DNA of 64,000 nt, from positions 98,892,001 through 98,956,000 of the forward strand of contig NC_087472.1 in NCBI RefSeq assembly GCF_036321535.1. The letters are read 5' to 3'. Shown here one piece after another: positions 52,470 to 64,000 of the stretch. This stretch comes from Camelus dromedarius (Eukaryota). The notes below the pieces were generated by a model. The model worked only from the letters and a program-made list of their open reading frames with translations, was not told where the DNA came from and made no database searches. The first letter of the stretch is position 1. Every line of letters starts with the position of its first letter. The position numbers and the translations under genes were made by a program.

Positions 52470-52984
52470 ATGAACTGTATCAGCAAATTCTTTGACACTC
52501 TTGCCATAGAAGATGATGTCTAATTTCCCTCTGCTTGAATATGAACTGGTCTTAGTGACTCATTTATAATGAATAGAAAGTGATAAAAATCATGTTTTTT
52601 GACTTTCGAAGCTATGTCGTAAAAGACAATACCACTTCCACCTGGCTCACTCTCATGGGTAGTTCACCCTTGGAACTCAGCTACCATATTTTGAGGAAGT
52701 CCAAGCAACATAGAGAAGTCACAAGTGGTGTTTCTGCTGACAGCTCCAACTAAGGTCCTCAGCAACAGTCAGCATCAACAAGTTGAGAGACACGCAAGTG
52801 AGCTAGTCATCAGTTGATTCCAGCGCCCAGTCTTTGAAATGCCCCAGTTAATGCTGAGAGGATGAGTCGAGCTGTCCCTGACAAGCCCTGTCCAAATTGC
52901 AGATTCTTGATGCAAATTAGTCTTTTTATTTTAAGCCACTAAATTTGGGGTTGATTTGTTGTGCAGCAATAGATAAATAGAACA
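52470..52984 (+). mobile_element. MLT1G-like (MaLR) LTR nested in an old L1 3' fragment (about 52365-53210)
   Basis: CAAATTCTTTGACACTC...AAGCCACTAAATTTGGGGTTGATTTGTTGTGCAGCAATAGATAA. Confidence 0.85.
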
Positions 52985-53896
52985 GACTATATGAAAATAG
53001 GGAAAATAAAGCTTAGGGTTTATTAGGTGAAAAAACTCAGGAATCAATATATATAACTATACCTATCTAAGTGGTTCTGTACATAATCCAAAGACTGGAA
53101 GAAAATACCTAAATGCAAGGTTTGTGTTAGGGTGGTGACAGCTACAGATATTTTTTCTCCCCTTTCTGTTTTCCAAATTTTCACATACATAGATGGAAAA
53201 AAGAACTACAAAGCTTGTTTGTTAACTTTTTTTCTGAGTTTTTCTGGTTTAATATAAGTGTTTAAGGAACCATTAAAATAGTGAGCCTTCTTCCTATGGG
53301 CTGACTCAGTCTCTCATTGTGTGCCAAAACATCCCCAGTAGCTTTTATTGTTGATCAACCAAGCATATACCGAATGCAAGGCAGACATGATTGAAATGTA
53401 TTCATTTATCATAAATTAAAGATCTTAATTGGAAACAGACACCCAAAGCAGACATCTCCCATCTGCTGTTGGTAATGTTGACATTAAAAATGTCAGTACA
53501 GTGAAACTCATTAATTGCATATTCTGGGGACCACAAAACCATTAACTTCTGTCTGAAAGGGTTCAGACAATCAGCTCTTGCATTCTGACTGCAGGACAAG
53601 AGGACCCTGCACACGCCTACAGATGACACTCGGAATTTTCTAAGAAAGAAATGGTAAGCAACGGGGGACAGTTTTCAAAAGCTCATTCACCTCCTCTCAT
53701 CAACAAATCCCAAGGACTGCTCATTGAAAATGGACCAAATTTAGCGCAAGAGACAAAATCAGATCTCTCTTAAATAGGTCCTCTGTACTATAAAACTTTT
53801 GAACCTACATGTCCTGGCTATGAAAACAGAACAATTTTCAGCAATAATTAAGTTTGAAAGCCTGTCCTTGCTTTGGAATTCCTCTAGGACTTTAGA

Positions 53897-54084
53897 GCCG
53901 ATCTACTCAAAGTGTAGTCTCTTGACCAGCAGCATCAACATCACCCAGAAGCTTCCATAATCACAAAAGCTCAGCCCCACTTCAAACCTACTACATCAGG
54001 ATCTCTGTGGTGGGGCCCAGGCATCTGCATGTTTACTAGCTCTGCACATGATTCTGATGTCCACTAAAGTTTAAGAAACATTAA
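53897..54084. mobile_element. MER5A-like hAT MITE
   Basis: CTACTCAAAGTGT...ACCAGCAGCATCAACATCACC...GATTCTGATGTCCACTAAAGTTTAAGAAACA. Confidence 0.85.
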
Positions 54085-54594
54085 TCTAGGTCACCTTCAC
54101 ATCAAAATTCATCTTGGAATTTTAGACCTCAAGACACCACCAAGAGATTTATGCCCATATTTTAACACCTTTGCCCTTCCTCACTGCCCCCCACCCCCAC
54201 CTCCAGCAAATGGTGTCCCTGGGCATGGCCAAGTAGGGTGATGATGTAGAAATAGAAATAGTGTTGTTTGTCTGCAGGCAGAATTCTGATGTGGGTCATT
54301 GTGGTCAGACGTGCATTTTTTTCCCTGTACTCCATACTCCCCTCCTTTGCTGAGCCCCCTTCTACCCCTTCTACTCTTCTGAATAAATTCCTTCAGGCAT
54401 CAGGGTGGGTTGGTTATTGTTTTGTTGTTGTTGTCTCAGGCTCCTACAATTCAAGGGGTACTCAATTCTGTCTGGACCCTCACAAAATATAACTGTCCTA
54501 GGTCTCTTTTGCTCAGTGCCCTACTTACTAAATGATAGTAATTGGTTTATTAAAGTTTTGGTAGAGGAAAATGAGGTAAGTTTAATTTCAAATT

Positions 54595-55035
54595 AAATTT
54601 ATTGAGGTTTAATTTACATACAATAAATTGTGCCAGCTTAAGTGTTCAGTTCAATGAGTTTTTACATATTTTTATACTCATGAAACTACCACATGATCAA
54701 GATACAGAACATTTTCATCACCTCAGAAATTCCCTCATGCCCTTTTACATTCAATCCTTCCCTGGCTCCCCAGGCAACCACTCATCTGCTTTCTGTTATA
54801 GATTAGAGTCCCCTTTTCTAGAATTTTATGTAAATGGAACATTCAGCCTTTTGTGTCTGGCTCCTTTCACTTAACGTATGTTTTAGAGATTCATCCATGT
54901 TGTTCCTTTCTATTGTTGTGTAGTATTTCATTGCATGTATATACTGTAATTTTTGTGTCCACTCACCTGTTGATGGACACTTGGGTTGCACACAGTTTTT
55001 TGGCTGTCATGAATACAGCTATAAGTGTTCACATA
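54595..55035 (-). mobile_element. Old L1 3' end (L1MB/L1ME-like)
   Basis: TTTATTGAGGTTTAATTTACATACAATAAA...CCCCAGGCAACCACT...GTTGATGGACACTTGGGTTG. Confidence 0.85.
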
Positions 55036-55909
55036 TAGAATGTTGGAGATTTTCAAGTGTAAACTAAAATATACTTGGACTGACATTTGAATAATATACC
55101 ATATTTTCCAGTGGAAACTGATACAAAACAATGATAAAAGAGCAGGACATTTAGATTCAAACATGAGAAGGAAGGGTTGAATTTGGAATGTACAAAGATC
55201 ACTGCTCTTTATGGAAACACATTTCATTTGTCTCTCTATTGTATATTTTTAAAGGACACAGACATATCTAGTCTTCTCAGCGTTATCCTGCTGATTTATT
55301 TGGATGGAATAGAAGACAGTTCTTATACCTTGTCTTTCTACTACCTTGATGCATCTGTGTTTTGCTAGTGTGATGTTCAAATATTAATGTAGCCCCAGTG
55401 GCAATCATATAGAAGTCCAAATGAAATGCCAAAGGTTACTAATGACTTTTGAACAAACCCTGCTCAAGTGGGCCTGTTTCATTTGTAAAAAAACATTTCC
55501 CCCCAAGCTGTTCAATAGTTTATTTTGTGGATGTACACAGTTGGCCTGCAGGGTATCCTTTTCATTTGTCAACACTAAGCCATAAAAGCTGTCATTATGT
55601 AGAGGCTTTGAGAATGTTAGTTCAGAATTATTCATTTTTTATTATGTGCCTAATTTTTTTATATCAAGTTTGTACACTCCTGGCCATGGGAGTTTGCTTT
55701 CAAGTGTTATATACACTTTGGGAAGAGAGAAAGGAGGTCTACAAAATGCGAGATTTAACATTTTTATTTTTATTTTGTAAAAGACAGCACAGCTTAAAGC
55801 ATCTAATAGTCCTAGGAAAGCTGCATCAAACTCAGTTTTGGTATTGATGGAATGATCAGTCAGAGTTAATTACTAGATTCATTTCTTCATTGATTTAATC
55901 CAGGGAGAT

Positions 55910-56195
55910 TATCTTAGTCTGAGATCCTTCCTGAAGTAGAGCTTGCATCAAGGGTTCAAGTGCAAATAGTTTGGAAGGTGATCTCAGGAAGCCCTGGTAA
56001 GAAAACAGGAATTGAAACAAGGAAGGGAAGGAAGCCAATGTAGAGTGCTTTATTAAACTTGCTGGCCCTGTGAGCAACTGGGACTCAGTTGCACTGAAGA
56101 ACTATGGGAGACAATGGAGAACAAGCTGCAGAGCTGTCTGCTTTCTCCCCCATCTTCAAAGGGCAAGGATACTGGGGCATTTATTTCCTATCCAG
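55910..56195 (-). mobile_element. LTR16/LTR33-like ERVL LTR fragment
   Basis: Antisense of the LTR16-type 3' end (TCAAGTGCAAATAGTTTGGAAGGTGATCTCAGGAAGC). Confidence 0.7.
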
Positions 56196-57471
56196 TGCAC
56201 TCATCATACTCTGGAACGGTATGTACTACAGAGATATGGTCTGAGCACCAACAGTATCTGCTTCAGAGCTCATTTTCTGCTGCACAAGTTATTTTTCATT
56301 TCAGCTCATTTCAGGTGATCATGTAAAAGAGTCAGTCACCCTATACATTTTATCACATGTATTTGTTCTCAAGCATCACCCACCACTCATGTTGTATTGA
56401 TCTTGCTGTGTAGGCATATGATAATTTTTGGTTTTGAGTGCTACTTCATTCTAATGGATTTCCTTCAAGATCTGATTTTCACAATACAGAACAAGTATCC
56501 TGAAAGTAACCGAACATTTCATGTATCATATTTCCCCCTATGGAGAAACTATATAATATCATTTAAGAAAATCATTCAAGCATTAATTCTGAACTGCTTC
56601 ACAGATGATTAATCAGCTCTATTTGAGATTTTATTTCTAAATGAGACTGTAAGTCACTATTTTTTTTAAACACAAGGATACTTTGTAAGGTCTGGGATCA
56701 ACACCAGAAATGCAATTTGAAAATACGCAGTTCTGTAAAGTTTGGAGGAAGAATTAAACACCACAGTTGCATAGGGCCAACTATTTAAGGGCAGGGTGTT
56801 ATGAAAAAACTATTTGTGAGAGTGAATGAGAAAGAGAGTGAGGTCAGCAATTTGCAATATGTCTATGCTCTCAACATACTCCATTCTAAGGGAATCTAAA
56901 TATTTGGGAGCAAACAAAGTGGTAAATAATATCATAATGCACTGCATCATCTCTTTCCATCAGCCTTAATGCAAGATCCCATGGAACCAAGAATGAATGT
57001 TGGAATTTCTGCCAAAGATCCTTCTCTAAAATCTTGACCTATGAGTTTTCTTTTTCATAATCACTTTTGTGTTTGTATGAATAATTTTTCCCCTTAGTGT
57101 TTTTACTTTTGTTTTCTTTGTATTAACTATGTATAAATGTTAGCACATCCTCAACACAGTCAAATTATTTACTCCTCAGTCAGCAGTTCCCAAACAGATC
57201 TAGAAATCTTTGTGTCTGAACATCACAGCAGAACATACATGGCATTGTTCAAATGCCTGTGGAAATGTCTGGATTTAAAATATTTTTGTCTTTTCTTCTT
57301 GCAATTTAGGTAAAGATAGTGTTAGATTGCTACTAACGGAAAGAAAGGTTTACACCAAGGTTTTTTAGATGTCACCCTGGCAGCCAACCCTCTAAAGTAA
57401 TATGCAGACAGTGGTTTTGTGCACCAAATGATTAGTTAGACTGAGGTTGTTTTCATGAGACACCTCCAAGT

Positions 57472-57848
57472 CAGAGCTGTGCTAGGGGGAGTAGAGTGAG
57501 TGAGTGAGTGAGACACTTACCTAGGATGCAAAATTGATGGGGGCACCAAAAATCTCGGTAATCAAAATAAATAATATTTTAATGCAATATGTTAAAATCA
57601 AAATGAATGTAAAAATTCACCTTGAACAAAATATAAACATTTTTAGCAAAAACAGGAACAGTATTACCTATTTTTTTGCCTTAGGCTTCAATATGACTGT
57701 TAAAGTCACTGTTACTCATCTTATCTTTAAAATTTTGATATTTTGTTCTGTAATCACTCAGGATGTTTGTTGATATTATTTAGATTGTATTGAACCTTTG
57801 GTCCTGTGATCCCACATCCTCTTTTATCCTCTAGTTAACCCGGGGCTG
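57472..57848. mobile_element. MER96B-like hAT-Tip100 element
   Basis: GCAAAATTGATGGGGGCACCAAAAATCTCGGTAATCAAAATAAATAATATTTTAATGCAATA. Confidence 0.8.
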
Positions 57849-58422
57849 ATTTGACCACATACTCTTATGTTTTAATGGTTCTTTTCATCAAGTTACTGAC
57901 CAGTACAGCACATATTGGCCAACCAGAACAGATGCTGGCCATCTGACCATGCACATACATACCAGATGAATGTCAGCCACGACTGCATCACCAAATGCAT
58001 TCCAGGTATCATAAAAATTTCAGTTAACCAAAGCATGAATTTAATAATTTTTCACAGGTTCTTACGTCTGAGATCTTAGGTTTTACTTATCACTTTCACT
58101 TTATTAATATATTCAGTTGCTTTATTGTTTTTCTAATTCATCAAACGTATGCATTGTTTAAAAATAATCAAATTTTAAAAAAGAATAAAATGACAGTAAA
58201 ATATCAAAATTCAGACTTAAAATATATTTGTATTTTTGTGGAAGAGACTTCCAAACATTTTTCTATGTAGTTATGAATATATATGCAATTTTATATATGT
58301 GGGATCATACTATATGTGATGTTTAATAGCATGTTTTTAATATACCACTCTATGTTACTAGCATTTTCTATGTCTAAAAATCTAAACATACAAAATTATT
58401 GCCTAGCATTCCATTGTATAAA

Positions 58423-59218
58423 GTATAGCTGACTATTCTTATTCCTTCACTGGACTCCTCTGATTCCTTCAGATCCTATAATTTATTCTGTGTGCCCATT
58501 CCCCAGTTACCATATGCTTTGCTTCTGATGGCTTGCACCTACGATCTTTTAGAGAGCATGCCTTGGGCTACTGGAACTGCTTCAATGCAGTGGAGGGCCA
58601 AAAATGCCTGAGTGTTGTATCCCTCAGGGTGGTTCCACAGCCAAGGACTGAGTAATGGAAGAGCATGAAAGCCCAGCTCCCTTGCCTCAAGGTGGGATGA
58701 GCTCTGAGATGCAATTTATGTTCCAGAGCTCCCTGCAGGATCAGGCTGAGACTGAGAATTCATCTGAATCACCCCCTTGTTCAGCTTCCTCTGATTTCCT
58801 ATCCTCCTTTTTCTACTTTTTGATCAGTTTCTCCTAGAAGCACTTCCTTAATAGATTACTTGCATGTAAATTCTTGTCTCAAGCTTTGCTTCTAGAGTAG
58901 TGCTGTCCTTAAAAGTGTAATGCAAGCCACAAAGGTGAACCATATCTGTGATTTAAAATTTTCTAATAGCCACACTATAAAGTAAAAAGAAATTGATGAA
59001 ATTAATTTTAATCATGTTTTATTTAACCTAATATATAAAAAAAATTTCAACAGAAAATCAAAATAAAAATTATTAATGTAATATTTAACATCTTTTTCTA
59101 AATACTGTATCTTTGAAGTCAGGTGTGTAGCTAGCCACATTTCAAGTGTTCATTAGTTACATGTGACTAGTGGCTACCATTTTAAATAGCACAAATATGG
59201 AAAAACCAAACTAAGACC
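58423..59218 (+). mobile_element. LTR16A-like solo LTR split by MER33
   Basis: GAAAGCCCAGCTCCCTTGCCTCAAGGTGGGA; terminal AACCAAACTAAGAC resumes after the MITE. Confidence 0.82.
58898..59194. mobile_element. MER33-like hAT-Charlie MITE
   Basis: AGTGCTGTCC...TTTTCTAATAGCCACA...TAGCCACATTTCAAGTG...CTAGTGGCTACCAT. Confidence 0.88.
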
Positions 59219-60349
59219 TAAGCGACCATATTTTACTTGACTGGTGCCCTGTTGATGAATATTGACTTTGTTTCCACCCCCTTCCATTGTTTAATGCTCT
59301 GATGAATACCTTTGAGACTATTATACCTATGTGATCATTTCCTTAATATCCTAAAAATTGGTTTGCTGTATCAAACTGCCCTCTGGAAGGACAATTGTCC
59401 ATTTCCCCTCACCCTTGGCAACATTGGGTCTTGTTAGTCTTTTTCATATTCATAAATCTGAATATGTGAGTTTAGACTTTAAATGTTTCTTCACCTTTTG
59501 GTGAACCTGGAGACGGTTTTCCCTTTATTTTTCCTTCTTCATTAACCTTGAAGACAGTGGATTAATAGGGAATTCCTACTGCTGTCCTTGTCTCAGGGAT
59601 GGAAGAGTCCTACACACATAAATATTTAATATTACAGCACACGAAATAAAATTCTATACTGTGCCCTCAGCCTCTATTAAATTAAATTAGAGAATAATCT
59701 AAAAATGGTCTTATGGGACTTTTTATGTGATTCTTCTAACCCAGGACACCTACCAATGTCTGCTTGTCAAAGAGGAGAATAAGGAAACTAGAGGCAGTTA
59801 CAACCTAACAAAACTGAGGCACAACAAAAACTTTTGTGTAATACCAAAGTACCTTACAAATGTTCCAGTTTCATGGACTGCTTGCTGATATTACCTGTTC
59901 TGGAAAGGAATTTACCTAAAGGTCCATATGGATATTGATTTTTAAATAAGGAGGATAGCCAAATAAATTTAATATAGCTTGCAAAACAATCTCTTGGGCT
60001 CAAAGTTGTTTATGAGTCATTTTGCAGTAAGAGTGAAGTCATTTATCGTGACTCAGAGTTGATGGTTTCTTAGGCCCAATGATGAATAGAAACGCCCCAT
60101 TCCTGTTATAAAGGATGTCATTTTCCCAGATGCTCAAGAAAACTGACTTTGGGGATGTCCAAATATTTAATTCTTCTGTTTCAAACAGTTATGTCCAGTG
60201 GATCAATGTGTCTTGTTATTTGGAGAACATTTTGTAACTATATTATGTTTCCAGGACCCCATATAAGATACAGTTCTTAAAAGCAGATGTTCCATAGCAT
60301 TCAGATTGAGAATCTTCTTTTTACTCTACATTACTGTCCTTTAAAAATG

Positions 60350-60580
60350 TGTGTGTATATATATATAGTTATAGTCAGTTTACAATGTTGTGTCAACTTC
60401 TGGTGTACAGCACAATTTTTTAGTCGTGCATGAATATACATATATTCATTTTCGTATTCTTTTTCACTGTGAGCTAGTACAAGATCTTGAAGATAGTTCC
60501 CTGTGCTGTACAGTATAAACTTGTTTATCTATTCTATATATACCTGTCAGTATCTACAAATCTCGAATTCCCAGTCTGTT
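60350..60580 (-). mobile_element. Short young L1 3'UTR fragment
   Basis: TATAGTCAGTTTACAATGTTGTGTCAA; similar to the 1.7 kb and 51.1 kb copies. Confidence 0.85.
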
Positions 60581-61131
60581 ATATTAAAAAGGTTTTTTCA
60601 GTACAGTATGATTCCAAAATTTGAAGTTTCAAACAAAGAATTTCATTATTCTATAGTACATGTTTTTCCTATTCCTGTGCGGCTAATGCTTGTGATGTAG
60701 GGGCCTGGTCTTCTGTTAGAGTGACAATAGAGATAAACCTTTAAGAAAACAAACCCTTAAATGTTCTTAAGAGAATAACAATTTGTCCTTCCCTATGCCA
60801 TCATCTGTTCCCTAAAGCATTTGGCTGCAAAGTTAAAGAAGAAAAAATCAAGCAGCTGTGAATTGTTTTAATGCAACACAAGCTAAAGGCTCATTTAAAA
60901 CATGTAATACAAGATAACTATAGTAATTTGTATCATAAAAATGCCTGAACTATTTCACTTCAACTGGCAACAGATTTTTCTTCATTCAAGTTATGGATGA
61001 GGTCATGGTCTACTAGGATCATGGCCTCCTAATATCCCATTTTTCACACCAGGGAAGTCATAATTGTTTTCAACTCCAAACAGAGATTCATTTTGAGGGT
61101 CTATTTTGTGAGACTACACCTATACCAAGGA

Positions 61132-61680
61132 CTATATCAGATAGGGAACTGTCAGAAAATGGAAACCATGCTAGATATTTGAAACAGGAGGAACTTATTA
61201 TAGGAAGTTTGTCACAAAGATGACCAAAGATCTAAGGAACCAAATAGGAGGCAGGGAGCTAACGCAGAGGTTAGGAACAGCATAATACCACCCCCAACTC
61301 AAGCTTTGGAGGGAGAACAGAGGAAATAGTACTACCAGAGCCCCAGAATCAGAGAAACCCAGTGGGAACTAACCAGGGCGTATCTGACCTGGGGAAACTG
61401 GGACCGGAAAGAGAGAGGTTGTCTGTCAAGGCCTGGAGCCATGGAAGAGATACAGTTGCTGCTGGAAACACTGACCAAAACAGAGAAAGTGGGGGAGGTA
61501 TTCTCTTGCATCTCTCCTCCTTCCTTATATAGTCTTCCACCAGTGTCTCCAGTTGTTTTATCATGCTTAGAAGCCAGTTGGCAAGGGAGTCTGGAATATG
61601 TGGTTCCTTGACCTACAGAGAAAGACAGAAAAGGGCAGGAAATGTGTCTAAGAGAAAACAGGCAAGTAACTGACATGGCA
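61132..61680 (-). mobile_element. Ancient LTR (LTR78/79-like, tentative)
   Basis: GAAGCCAGTTGGCAAGGGAGTCTGG...GAGAAAACAGGCAAGTAACTGACA resembles old LTR ends. Confidence 0.5.
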
Positions 61681-61684
61681 TCCT

Positions 61685-61710
61685 ACACACACACACACAC
61701 ACACACACAC
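61685..61710. repeat. (AC)13 microsatellite
   Basis: Seen directly. Confidence 0.95.
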
Positions 61711-62681
61711 CCCATTAGAAATGAACTTGGTATTTACCTTTCTTCTATATTTTGCAAATCCTACTGTCAGTTTCCCTAGTGGTAGCTGTGCATTTGTGAA
61801 TTTATGTATTTGAGAATATTTTGCCAAAATGAGGGAGGAAATGTGTGTGTATAATCACATAATATATGTCATATACATTCATTCACATTTATGTGTTTTA
61901 TATGTATATGTATGTGTGTATATACATGCATTCATATATATGAAAGTCACATACAGACATACAAACACAATTAGATCATAAATGCTGAATATAGCTGCTG
62001 AATTAAAAGACTAGCTCACCACTCTTTTGTCTCACCTAAGAAAGGGAGGTAAAATCTAGAAAGAAAAGAGCAGGACTAAAAAGCAGAAACTGGACTGTAA
62101 TTTCTAGAACTGCCCTTAATTTTGTTAATAATGGATTAGCCTTTCTTATGTAATTTCTCCATGTATGGTAGCTCCACAATTATATTAGATGGCAGCCAGA
62201 AATACAAAGACCTGTTTTGCATGTTTCTTACAGGTGAGAGCTATCCACTCAGCTAATGATTTTCACCAAGATCTTTCTTTAGTGTTAGGCTGTTTTTCTT
62301 CAGACAACTTCTCAGAGGGCTGTTTAGCTCATTTTTTTTTCTCTTGTTTCTGCAAACTGGGCTTTTTGGGGATGAACCACTGTTGAGTTGCCTCTTTTTT
62401 TTTGGCTCTAAAGCTTCCTTTGGCTTCATTTCCACACAGTATCATCATTTAATCAGAATAGACAGAACTGACAGATTTTACTTTGGAGAAAATATAATAA
62501 CATACAGAGAGGGCTACCAGTAATTCTTTAAAAATATCTTCTAGCAGCTTAAAATGATTATTTGTCCACATGGCAAAGTCTCTACTTTTTCTCAGATGCT
62601 CCCTTCTGCATCTTCACTGGATGTTACCTTTAATAGATTGGCAGTAATGAATTCCCAGTTTCTGCAACTTAATTTCCTTCT

Positions 62682-62727
62682 TTTTTTTTACTTTTATTTA
62701 TTCTTTTTTTATTGAAGTATAGTCAGT
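62682..62727 (-). mobile_element. 46-bp L1 tail-only insertion
   Basis: T-rich tail plus ATTGAAGTATAGTCAGT; TSD ACT(T/C)AATTTCCTTCT at 62667-62681 and 62728-62742. Confidence 0.85.
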
Positions 62728-63215
62728 ACTCAATTTCCTTCTGATATATTTAACTCTTAAAGTCAGATTTTCAATGCTCTCAACACATGAGGATAGTGAT
62801 CTCACCACCATCACTTTAAAACCTCTAAATCCTTGATGGGGATAAAGAGATGAATAGGGAGATAAAGAAACTGGTTAGTAAATAAAGATGTACCAATTAT
62901 TGTAATAAACTTGAGAGCTCAGTTAAATGAAGAATTTGTGAAAATACTACAGTTTGATGGCTCATTGGTTTTCATAAGATTTTATATTATACATAGATTT
63001 ATAGAGAACTCACTAAGTTAACTAAAAGTTCCGTGATTGGCCATTGAAGGCTGTATATATTTTCACAAGAGAGAAGGGAAAACAACTTTCTGCAAGGTGT
63101 TGGGAGAGTAAATTAAGCAGAGTCGTGAGCATTTATTTATTCTATTGAGCATCTACTAGATATCACTGACATTGTGTTAGGCAATTGGGGCAGCTCTGCA
63201 AGATAGACATGACCC

Positions 63216-63647
63216 TCTGTTCCATTTACTCTTGCTGAGTAACAAATCACTCAAAATTTAGCAGCTTAAGGCAACCATTTTATTATACCCATGGATTCTA
63301 TGGATCACGACCTCTGACAGGAGTACAGAAGGGGTAGCTTGTCTTTGCTTCATGATGTCTGGAAGCTCAGCTGGGAAGTCTCAGTGGCTGGAGGCAAAAT
63401 GATGGCTGAATATTAGAATTATCAGTATGTGTGGCATCTGGCTGGAATGATATGAAGACTAAAACTGCCACCTGGAACACCTGTATGTGATATTTCCATG
63501 TGGCTTGGCTTCTTCACAGCACAGGAGCATCAGAGTAGTTGGACTTCTTGCATGGTGCTCTAAGGTTCAAAGTGCATGTGTTCCAGTGAACAAGGAGGTA
63601 GTTGAATTGCCTTTTATGACTTAGCCTCAGAAATCACACACTGTCAC
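63216..63647 (-). mobile_element. MLT1 (MaLR) LTR, interrupted by a young L1
   Basis: TAACAAATCACTCAAAATTTAGCAGCTTAAGGCAAC...GCCTTTTATGACTTAGCCTCAGAAATCACAC. Confidence 0.85.
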
Positions 63648-64000
63648 TTTTTTTTTTAACATTTTTTATTGATTTATGATAATTTTACAATGTTGTGTCA
63701 AATTCCAGTGTAGAGCACAATTCTTCAGTTATACATGAACATATACATATATTCATTGTCACATTTTTTTCTCTGTGAGCTACCATAAGATCTTGTATAT
63801 ATTTCCCTGTGCTTTACAGTATAATCTTGTTTATCTATTCTACAATTTTGAAATCCCGTCTATCCCTTCCCACCCTCCACCCCCTTGGCAACCACAAGTT
63901 TGTATTCTATGTCTATGAGTCTATTTCTGTTTTGTATTTATGCTTTGTTTTTTTGTTTTTGTTTTTGTTTTTTAGATTCCACATATGAGCGATATCATGG
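63648..64000 (-). mobile_element. Young L1 3' end, same family as 51115-52220; runs off the window
   Basis: Poly-T followed by a near-identical 3'UTR and the ORF2 stop region TTAGATTCCACATATGAG. Confidence 0.95.

Larger units (their letters stand above)
58110..59470 (-). mobile_element. Old L1ME-like 3' fragment split by an LTR
   Basis: Pieces at about 58110-58422 and 59220-59470 (CCCTGTTGATGAATATT..., CATTTCCCCTCACCCTTGGCAACA). Confidence 0.6.

Noticed and set aside
1..64000. CRISPR arrays, tRNA/rRNA genes, CpG island, prokaryote-type systems
   Set aside because: None seen; the sequence is repeat-rich mammalian non-coding DNA.

Overview
AT-rich, CpG-poor placental-mammal genomic DNA, intronic or intergenic in character. 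The youngest L1 3' ends resemble camelid L1s; this is recalled family resemblance, not a database result. I cannot recognise any host protein-coding gene, RNA gene or CpG island. Most ORF-track entries are chance ORFs or decayed L1 ORF2; the only convincing protein is an L1 ORF2 C-terminus at 51416-51979. A large share of the window is interspersed repeat: old and young L1s, L2, MIR, MaLR/ERVL LTRs and hAT MITEs, often nested. The best observation is a pair of old inverted L1 copies about 17 kb apart (about 22.4-24.1 kb and 39.5-41.1 kb) that share a 182-bp perfectly identical core and private indels, which suggests gene conversion or inversion. Other items are a tailless L1 patch replacing part of an older L1, ultra-short L1 insertions with intact target-site duplications (TSDs), and several unverified splice-signal candidates. 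I found no well-supported novel biological system. Subfamily names are by recall, and boundaries are approximate unless a TSD is given.
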